Below are positions 17,101-23,388 of a DNA stretch of 24,000 nt, piece after piece. Source of the DNA: Thermoclostridium stercorarium subsp. stercorarium DSM 8532 (lineage in GTDB: Bacteria > Bacillota > Clostridia > DSM-8532); NCBI RefSeq assembly GCF_000331995.1, contig NC_020134.1, positions 2,430,627 to 2,454,626 on the forward strand. The letters are read 5' to 3'. The notes below the pieces were generated by a model. It saw only the letters and a program-made list of their open reading frames with translations. It made no database searches and was not told the origin of the DNA. The translations under genes and the position numbers were made by a program. The stretch's first letter is position 1. Each line of letters begins with the position of its first letter.

Positions 17101-18473
17101 TTACTTATTTGTTGACCTCCAGTATTCGTTAATTCCTTTTGCAAGTTCCTCTCTTGTAATTGCTCCTGCTAAATATTTCAACATCAGATTACCGGTTTCG
17201 GTCCAGACGTCTCCGGAAATATAGGAGAAAACGCCCAGGTTGATTGTTTTGCCCCTCTGTGCATATTCGGCTATAGAAGTTGTCATTGAGTTATATGTTA
17301 TATCTTTTCTGACATTCTTGTAAGGCATATAAAAACCCTGATCAAGGAAGAACTGCTGCCCTTCGGGATCGGTAAGCATCCACCCGAGAGCCTTCAGCGC
17401 AGCTTCCTGCTGTTCTGCTGTACTCTGGGATTTGTTGATACACTGGAATTTGGGTAATACCATTACAACTTCGGAGTTACCGTAAGCGTTCGGATCATTG
17501 CTCCACGGAACGGGTATGAAACCATATTCGGTATCAATGTTTTCCATAGTCACAAGTGTGGTCCACAGCCAGTCACCCATAAAGAACGTTGCACACTTGC
17601 CCTCGGCAAAAGCCTGAGCGTCCCTGTTAAAGTCTGCCACCAGCGGATCGGCTTTGTTGTAATTATATTTGGCAAGCAAATCAAATGTATCCATATACCC
17701 CTGGAAAATCGGATCGTCTGCTATGTCTATTTCTCCTGACTTTATTTTTTCTATAAAGTTAACACCGTCTTCGGTTTTACGGCCTTGTACGGCATAAACA
17801 AGAGTAAGATAATGTCCGCCTAACGACCAGTTTGCGCCATGCAGCATTGTGGCAGGCACACCGGCTTCTTCACATTTTTTGAAAAATGCCTCCAACGCAT
17901 CTCTTGTGTTAATGCTTTTAGGATCGAAATTCCCTTCGCCGAATATTTCATCAACCACTCTCTTGTTATAGAGCAGGCCATACCCCTGAACACTCCACGG
18001 AGCTCCAAGTATTTTGCCGTCAAATGTACCTGAGGCAATGGCGTCCTCTTCGGCATAACTTAACCAGGGTGCATTCTCTTCTGTGAACTCAAGAAGATGA
18101 TCCTGATATTCTATTACGTTGGCCGGGTCTACATTCATAAAGGTCGGTGCATTTCCGGATGCATAAAGGGACTGCAGTTTTTCCTGCTGTCCTTCTCCGA
18201 TACCGGTCGGAATTAATTCAATTACAACATCGGGATTAAGCTCATTATATCTTTTGAACATTTTTTCAAACATTCATTAACTTCTGCGGAAGTGTTAAAG
18301 TATGTAATTGTTACTGTCTTTTTGCTTTCCGTTTTTCCAGAAGTGCCGGTGTCCGAAGTGCTTTGACCTGTACCGCTGCTGCTGTTACCTGTTGTAGTCT
18401 TTCCTCCGCACGCAGCCAGTAATGTGGTAAGAACGGCAACAATCAGCAGAATTGAGAATATCTTTTTTTTCAT
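17101..18473 (-). pseudogene. CUT1-family extracellular solute-binding lipoprotein interrupted by a frameshift (or sequencing error)
   Basis: ORF 18473-18222 encodes a signal peptide with lipobox (LLAAC/GG), a Ser/Thr/Gly linker and the first strand (KKTVTITYFNTSAEVNE). ORF 18273-17101 continues as a family-1 SBP (MFEKMFKRYNELNPDVVIELIPTG...). The frames can be joined by adding one nucleotide in 18261-18276, for example A6 to A7 in TTGAAAAAATG. Confidence 0.85.
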
Positions 18474-18530
18474 AAGTTTACCTCCTTTTTCTGTATAAAA
18501 TGTATTCCCAGTAAATTCTGGGCTGATTTT

Positions 18531-18570
18531 ATATTACTATAACCATGCACGTATGTCAACCCATTAACAT
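18531..18570 (-). promoter_or_regulatory. Promoter P2 (transporter genes) with an overlapping LacI-type operator variant
   Basis: On the minus strand: TTGACA (18559-18554), 17 nt spacer, TAATAT (18536-18531), about 50 nt upstream of the SBP ATG (SD AAGGAGG). The 18-mer ATGTCAACCCATTAACAT (18553-18570) matches the P1 palindrome at 15/18 positions and covers the -35 box. Confidence 0.55.
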
Positions 18571-18661
18571 ATAAATGCCATTTTAAGACTTATAAAATCC
18601 TTTATCTCTGCTTTAACTATTAAGTTTTAGTTTATAATAATCGTTTGACAATAGAGAACAA

Positions 18662-20374
18662 CTAATCCCTATCATTTGAACTGAATGAAAAAACGTTAAC
18701 ACCCTCGTTGTTTATGGCTTTTATACTGAAATCGTAAGTCGCCAAATCGGCTACAAGATTAGCAATATTTCCGTCTTTAACCCAATTTATTATCAGAATC
18801 TGTTCATCGGTATTGTCAACAGTAATCTTTGAATCAAAATCAAAAGCAGGGAATGTATTTCTGAATCTCAATAATGACAGCTGCTGCCTTACTATCTTTT
18901 TCTTCATGCCCTCATAAATCTGTTCCCATGTGAGGTTCGTCCGGTTAATTTCCTTATGCCCCCGTTTTATGGCTTCATAATCATTTTTGCCTGCAAACAG
19001 GTCCAGGTACCACACCTGAGGTTTACCAGGCATAAAAATCTGAATGGCCCTCGCCAGCAGCATCTTTTTGTCGTTTTCACCCAGGGCGCTGTAGTACGTG
19101 CAGTTAACCTGGTAATACATATTTTTTCTTCCGTGCAGATCTTTTATATAACCACCGCGTTTTACAAGCGTATCAATCAGTTTATCTATATACCGGTCGG
19201 GCAATAGGCCTTTTAAATCCAAAAGCGGAATTCCGTCATGACATCCGAGCATATTGACAACCCTTATTTCCTTTTCCTGTAATTCTCTGAACCACTTTAC
19301 CAAATATTCGCCGGTATGCCTCTCCAGAGCATCTATAATAAGCCCAGGCAGGAAAAAGTCATAGGTCAGATATCCTTTCTCGGCAAGCTTTTCATGTATT
19401 TTTTCCTCATATTTTGAATGAATTTCGGGCAAAAGCACAAGTCCGTATTTGTCTGCAATTTCCTTTATTTTTTCCAGGAGCTCCCACGTTTCGGGCTCAT
19501 TGAAGAAATTTCTAAGCCCCGGTTTTTTGGATACATAGGCAAATGCGTCAAGTCTTACAATTTTTGCACCGTACCGGGATAATTTACCCAGTGTTTCCTC
19601 ATAGAATTCCCATACTTTCGGAGACCGAACGTTTAAATCCATTTGTCCAAGGTATTTCCGCCTTGATTCCAATAAATCAACCACTTTGTCCTTATAACGT
19701 GAAAATTCTCCGAAATCGATCTCTTTTGGTTTTTTCCCCGAAGAAATTTCGGCGTTTATTCTGTCCGTCAGCTTCTGAGCCGTAGGATACTGAATATCCA
19801 AGGCGTATACCAGATCTATTGCATCCAGTTTATCGTATCTTACTTCCTGATAAAACGTATTCCAGTAAGGAACTTCCCTGCCGTCAGGAAACCTGACGAA
19901 GAGAATGGGAAGCCCAGGTTTTCTGAAAAACATGTTTTCTATCAAATCCTCTTCAGGCATTATATAGCCTTCACCGGTCATTCGGCCGCAGCCTTCCCAG
20001 AACTTGTTCCAGTCAATAAAGAAATCTTTGTATTCAGAATTTTCACCTTTTTTCAAAATATCCCTGAACTGATGCGAAAGCACCGACAAATGATTCAGAA
20101 CAAAATCAAGTTTCAGCTCAATATTTAAATTTTTGAGTTTCTCCAGGTCCTCAGCCGTTGCCAGTTGTTCATTAAGTTCATAGTCAATGACCGAAAAACC
20201 GCGATCCAAATCGGTGTTAAAAATACTGGGAAGTATGTAAAAAGACTGAAATACGTTTTTAAGTTCATCCATTTGAAGAAACTTAAGTATGTCCGATAAC
20301 GTTCCGCCCAGACTGTCAGGATATGCATTAAACATGGGTCCGGCATTAATTTTATTACAAGGCGCTTTATTCAT
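18662..20374 (-). CDS. GH13 subfamily-18-type (sucrose-phosphorylase-like) alpha-glucoside phosphorylase, specificity unknown
   Basis: 570 aa. The motifs YPDSLGG, DRGFSVIDY, DFVLNHLS, WNTF, IVRLDAFAY (nucleophile Asp276), LLPEIH (acid/base Glu317), LGCHDG, YQVNCTYYSALG and AGKNDYE..INR align with my recollection of Firmicute sucrose phosphorylases. ATG 20374 overlaps the kinase stop (ATGA), with GGAGGG 6 nt upstream. Confidence 0.85.
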   Translation of the reverse strand: MNKAPCNKINAGPMFNAYPDSLGGTLSDILKFLQMDELKNVFQSFYILPSIFNTDLDRGFSVIDYELNEQLATAEDLEKLKNLNIELKLDFVLNHLSVLSHQFRDILKKGENSEYKDFFIDWNKFWEGCGRMTGEGYIMPEEDLIENMFFRKPGLPILFVRFPDGREVPYWNTFYQEVRYDKLDAIDLVYALDIQYPTAQKLTDRINAEISSGKKPKEIDFGEFSRYKDKVVDLLESRRKYLGQMDLNVRSPKVWEFYEETLGKLSRYGAKIVRLDAFAYVSKKPGLRNFFNEPETWELLEKIKEIADKYGLVLLPEIHSKYEEKIHEKLAEKGYLTYDFFLPGLIIDALERHTGEYLVKWFRELQEKEIRVVNMLGCHDGIPLLDLKGLLPDRYIDKLIDTLVKRGGYIKDLHGRKNMYYQVNCTYYSALGENDKKMLLARAIQIFMPGKPQVWYLDLFAGKNDYEAIKRGHKEINRTNLTWEQIYEGMKKKIVRQQLSLLRFRNTFPAFDFDSKITVDNTDEQILIINWVKDGNIANLVADLATYDFSIKAINNEGVNVFSFSSNDRD

Positions 20375-21333
20375 CCGTTACCCTCCCCTGAATTTACGTG
20401 GCTCCCTTCAGTCATTGCCTTTAAAAATTCCTTATACGTTATAATCCTGCCGTCGGATGAAACAATAATCTTGGCTTTTACAGCCTGCGATATTAACAGT
20501 TCATGTTCTATCTCCAGTACCATCGCGGTAAACGGGCTGTCCACTCCCCGGTCCCTGTTACGCTGTTTACGAAATTCCAAAGTTTCTTGTGGTGTACTGC
20601 TTAGCAAAATCGGAATATCAATGCCTCTAAGATAATGGCTGTTTCCATGGGTCCATTCTATTATCAATACCCTGACGTCTTTGAAATCAACCTCTTCATA
20701 CCAAATCTCTTCAGGTTTTCTTCCCATGCGTTTGAGATATATTTTGCTTATACCGTTTTTAAACTGTGAAATTATTTCGTTGAGTTCACAAAAATCAATT
20801 TCGTTCGGAGTACCCAGATAATTTCTGAGTCCCAGTTTTCCTTCACTGTGATAAATCTCAAGCCATGGGTAATCGCTTATAAACCTTGGATCGGTATCAT
20901 CACAATTGCTTTGCAGCTTATTAAGAATCTCTTTTCTTTCTTCCGTATACTCTCCGTGGGCAATAAGCCCTTTCAGCCCGCTTCGCCTGAAAACCCTAAG
21001 CCGTTCGGCGTCATTGTATTCAGGAATTCTGTGAGGATAATTATCTCCCGATAAGATATAACTGCCTATGCCCGTCTGATTAAGATAGTAAGACAGAAGA
21101 GATGCAATTTCGGACTTACCCGTCCCTGAACCGCCGCATACAGATACAACTGCCTTGTTATGAGCATGCTTCTCAATCATAGGCGTAAGCAAATCCATCA
21201 AAACCGGGGCTATGGCTTTCGCTTTGGTGAGATGAGTAAAATTTATCTGAATTTTATCCCCCGGCATGTCTCCTTTTGGTATACTGTTTAATTCTTCAAT
21301 ATTCTTGAATTTGTCAAATATATTATCACCCAT
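20371..21333 (-). CDS. P-loop kinase of the uridine kinase/phosphoribulokinase (PRK/Udk/GLYK) fold, substrate unknown
   Basis: Walker A VSVCGGSGTGKSE, followed by the strand-Asp motif ILSGDNYPH. The later part (FCELNEIISQFKNG..IYLKRM......VRVLIIEWTHG...IDIPILLSS...LEFRKQRNRDRG) follows the uridine-kinase pattern as I recall it. Start placed at ATG 21333 (MGDNIFDKF, GGTGG 7 nt upstream). The track start, TTG 21408, lies inside the promoter -35 box. Confidence 0.6.
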   Translation of the reverse strand: MGDNIFDKFKNIEELNSIPKGDMPGDKIQINFTHLTKAKAIAPVLMDLLTPMIEKHAHNKAVVSVCGGSGTGKSEIASLLSYYLNQTGIGSYILSGDNYPHRIPEYNDAERLRVFRRSGLKGLIAHGEYTEERKEILNKLQSNCDDTDPRFISDYPWLEIYHSEGKLGLRNYLGTPNEIDFCELNEIISQFKNGISKIYLKRMGRKPEEIWYEEVDFKDVRVLIIEWTHGNSHYLRGIDIPILLSSTPQETLEFRKQRNRDRGVDSPFTAMVLEIEHELLISQAVKAKIIVSSDGRIITYKEFLKAMTEGSHVNSGEGNG

Positions 21334-21378
21334 TATAAAACCACCGTTCCTTGTATTTCTTTGTTTTTCATCAGAAAC

Positions 21379-21419
21379 ATTATAAAATATAAAACAAATA
21401 CATGTCAACCGTTTGACAT
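21379..21419 (-). promoter_or_regulatory. Promoter P1 (kinase-phosphorylase operon) with an overlapping LacI-type palindromic operator
   Basis: On the minus strand: TTGACA (21408-21403), 18 nt spacer, TATAAT (21384-21379), about 40 nt upstream of ATG 21333. ATGTCAACCGTTTGACAT (21402-21419) is an 18 bp palindrome with a central CG, 8 of 9 symmetric pairs, and covers the -35 hexamer. Confidence 0.65.
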
Positions 21420-21675
21420 ATAATATAATTCAAATTTACTTTTTTGATTTTTCAGAAGTGCCGGTTCCTTAGAAATGTATATAACTCTTGTATTTTTTTA
21501 AACTGACTTCCGGTTAAAAAAAAAGGAAGTCCTAAAACCTCCTGCAGCTTTAACGCTTTATTCAGACAATTCAGCATCATATCACGGAAACAGAACTTTA
21601 TTAACTATATATGCCTAATAAATTTATCATCGTCTGATTTTTATAATTGGAACGGTGATATTGGGATTTTACGTC

Positions 21676-22467
21676 CTATTTTACAGCCCATTCAATCCCC
21701 TTTTCAATGTATTCATTCCAGAATTTCCAGTCATGGCTTCCCGGCCCTTCCACATATGTATGTTCTATTCCTTCGGACAGAAGAAACTCATGGAATTTTC
21801 TGTTTTCAGCCAGTAAAAAATCCTCTGTTCCACATGCCATGAATATTTCGGGAACCTGTTTCTTTTCCTCCTTTAACTGAAGCACCAGGGCTTCCGGGTC
21901 TTTGTCGCTGCCTTTGACCTTATTGACATCGCCAAACACCCTTGAGTAGTATTTGTAATCTGCAATACCGTCATTATAATCAACGGGTATTCCTGCTATT
22001 TTGTCCACAATCAGTGCAGATGACAACGCAATAATACGCCCGAAAGTTTCTGAGTATTTTAACCCGTTTCTGATGGCTCCGTACCCGCCCATTGACAATC
22101 CGCCGATAAACGTGTTTTCTCTTTTATCTGAAACGGGAAACATCTTGCGTGTGAACTCAACCAGTTCGCAACCAATATATTCGGAATACATTGCTCCGCT
22201 GTCGGTATCATTCAAATAAAAGAAATTTTCCCCGGACGGCATGAAAACAGCGATATTATACTTTGACGAAAACAGCTGCATATTACTGTTGCAAACCCAG
22301 TCCATATGGTTTCCGTGATAACCGTGCAGCAAATAAAGAGCTTTAAAAGGCTGTCCAGACGAATTTCCCCCGCTGCGTGCCTCCATATAATCCAGCGGTA
22401 TAAAAGCGTTAAAAACCGTTAATCTTTTCAGCGCCTTTGAAAAAAAATTAACCTGCAGATAGGCCAT
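21676..22467 (-). CDS. Alpha/beta-hydrolase, putative esterase family (esterase D / tributyrin-esterase / CE1-like)
   Basis: 263 aa. YLLHGYHGNHMDW, nucleophile elbow GGLSMGGYGA, ACGTEDFL (Asp) and GPGSHDWKFW (His). SD GGGGGAG. Confidence 0.8.
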   Translation of the reverse strand: MAYLQVNFFSKALKRLTVFNAFIPLDYMEARSGGNSSGQPFKALYLLHGYHGNHMDWVCNSNMQLFSSKYNIAVFMPSGENFFYLNDTDSGAMYSEYIGCELVEFTRKMFPVSDKRENTFIGGLSMGGYGAIRNGLKYSETFGRIIALSSALIVDKIAGIPVDYNDGIADYKYYSRVFGDVNKVKGSDKDPEALVLQLKEEKKQVPEIFMACGTEDFLLAENRKFHEFLLSEGIEHTYVEGPGSHDWKFWNEYIEKGIEWAVK

Positions 22468-22515
22468 TTTCCGGCTCCCCCTTTCAATTACATGGCTCTT
22501 AGAATATTTTTCCTA

Positions 22516-22544
22516 ATTATAGCACATGGTTACAGGCAATCCAA
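22516..22544 (-). promoter_or_regulatory. Sigma-A-type promoter (extended -10) for the esterase gene
   Basis: On the minus strand: TTGGAT (22544-22539), 17 nt spacer, TGcTATAAT (-10 at 22521-22516), about 45 nt upstream of ATG 22467. Confidence 0.45.
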
Positions 22545-22700
22545 ATAACAATAAACCATGGGTACTGCAAATAATTTAAACCGTGCTCCGGTACCGGTGG
22601 CAAAAGCCGTTTTTTTCTTGTTTTTCATTCACTGTAGTTCATCTTTGAGAGTCCACAGACATCCAAGCTTATTAATATATCGAAAAAGCCGGAATTTTTG

Positions 22701-22729
22701 TTGTCAATCGGGAATATTTACTGTATAAT
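22701..22729 (+). promoter_or_regulatory. Sigma-A-type promoter for the CD225/DUF2752 genes
   Basis: TTGTCA (22701-22706), 17 nt spacer, TATAAT (22724-22729), about 100 nt upstream of ATG 22833. Confidence 0.5.
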
Positions 22730-22832
22730 AGGTATGACTTTTTAGCACAAATTTACATGATTTACCGCTTAGTGGCATTAGAAATGTCACAAAGGCTGGG
22801 TGGAAGTTTTTTATTTTTCAGGAGGGATTCTT

Positions 22833-23327
22833 ATGTATTGTCCCAAGTGTGGGCACGAGGTCGGAGAGCATATGGTCATTTGCCCGTCCTGTGGGGAGCT
22901 GCTGGAAAACAGGAATAATGACACGGTGAATTCCTTTTCCCAGCCAAACTACGGATGGCAACAGCCTGAGGGTATGCCGAAAATTCAGGATATACCGGAC
23001 TATAAAGTACAGTCCATACTCCTTATCGTATTCAGTGCCATATTATGCTGTGTTTTTTGTCTTCCCATACTTGCATTGCCTTTTGCCATAATTGCCCTTG
23101 TTAACTCCAACAAGATCGAAGCTCATATTGTTGCCGGAAATTATGAATACGCCCGTAAGGTTTCGGAAAATACAAAAAAATGGTGCTGGGCAAGCTTTGG
23201 TATACTTTTGGGTTCAATAGCAATAAGTATTGTGTTTGCAATTGTATTTATGAACAGCGGATTATACAAGGAATTTATGAATGAGTTCATGAAGCAGTAT
23301 GAATACTATTATTACAATTTCCAATAA
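22833..23327 (+). CDS. Zinc-ribbon plus CD225/dispanin (IFITM-like) family membrane protein
   Basis: Start placed at ATG 22833 (AGGAGGG 5-6 nt upstream) rather than the track GTG 22800. N-terminal MYCPKCGHEVGEHMVICPSCG is a CxxC...CxxC ribbon. The C-terminal half (DYKVQSILLIVFSAILCCVFCLPILALPFAIIALVNSNKIEAHIVAGNYEYARKVSENTKKW + TM) matches the CD225 pattern: reentrant/TM helix with a CC motif, then the S-x-K-V...G-x-Y-x-x-A amphipathic segment, then a second TM. Confidence 0.75.
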   Translation: MYCPKCGHEVGEHMVICPSCGELLENRNNDTVNSFSQPNYGWQQPEGMPKIQDIPDYKVQSILLIVFSAILCCVFCLPILALPFAIIALVNSNKIEAHIVAGNYEYARKVSENTKKWCWASFGILLGSIAISIVFAIVFMNSGLYKEFMNEFMKQYEYYYYNFQ

Positions 23328-23346
23328 AATACATAAAAAATTAAAA

Positions 23347-23376
23347 AAATGGCTTACTTTTTTCGGTAAGCCATTT
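23347..23376 (-). terminator. Intrinsic-terminator-like hairpin that is functional in the minus orientation
   Basis: AAATGGCTTAC (23347-23357) pairs with GTAAGCCATTT (23366-23376), giving an 11 bp stem and 8 nt loop. Read on the minus strand, the stem is followed by TTTTTTTAATTTTTT. Read on the plus strand, it is followed by ATCCGTTATA with no U-tract. Confidence 0.5.
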
Positions 23377-23388
23377 ATCCGTTATATA

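Noticed and set aside
18222-18473. 83 aa ORF as an independent small lipoprotein, and 17101-18273 as a leaderless cytoplasmic protein
   Set aside because: Together they reconstitute a standard lipoprotein SBP (signal peptide, lipobox, S/T/G linker, family-1 SBP fold). The overlap and frame relationship fit a single-nucleotide indel.
21334-21408. N-terminal extension of the kinase ORF (MTCICFIFYNVSDEKQRNTRNGGFI) starting at TTG 21408
   Set aside because: The TTG is part of the -35 hexamer/operator of promoter P1, and the extension would cover the -10 box and 5' UTR. ATG 21333 has a properly spaced GGTGG.
21453-21465. 13 nt exact repeat CAGAAGTGCCGGT shared with 18338-18350 (inside the SBP linker coding region), with T-rich/A-rich flanks that are also similar. 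It could be a relic of a duplicated SBP 5' end.
   Set aside because: For a 24 kb window searched on both strands, roughly N^2/4^13, i.e. several, exact 13-mers are expected by chance. The flanking similarity is low-complexity and no extended alignment is visible.
21505-21531. Hairpin GACTTCC-(13 nt A-rich loop)-GGAAGTC, with the alternative pairing TTTTTTTAA/TTAAAAAAA, considered as the esterase terminator or a riboregulator
   Set aside because: No U-tract follows the stem on either strand, the loop is long, and the alternative stem is AT-only. This is insufficient to call a terminator or a structured RNA.
22528-22538. 11-mer TGCCTGTAACC shared between the esterase promoter (minus strand) and the lacI promoter region (14092-14102), which could be a common regulator site
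   Set aside because: 11-mer matches are expected many times by chance in this window, the positions relative to the -35 box differ, and there is no dyad symmetry.
22581-22620. CCGGTACCGG palindrome and GGC-AAAA-GCC mini-stem followed by T7 (22610-22616), considered as a plus-strand terminator or small RNA end
   Set aside because: The best stems are only 3-4 bp or have no viable loop. No plus-strand gene or promoter lies upstream of it.
22558-22728. 56-codon plus-strand ORF (MGTANNLNRAPVPVAKAVFFLFFIH...) in the esterase/CD225 intergenic region
   Set aside because: It has no SD, it runs through the CD225 promoter elements, and its sequence is unremarkable. It is probably non-coding.
22800-22832. 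GTG start at 22800 for the CD225 gene
   Set aside because: The AGGAGGG SD lies inside this extension, correctly spaced for ATG 22833, which begins the zinc-ribbon motif MYCPKCG.
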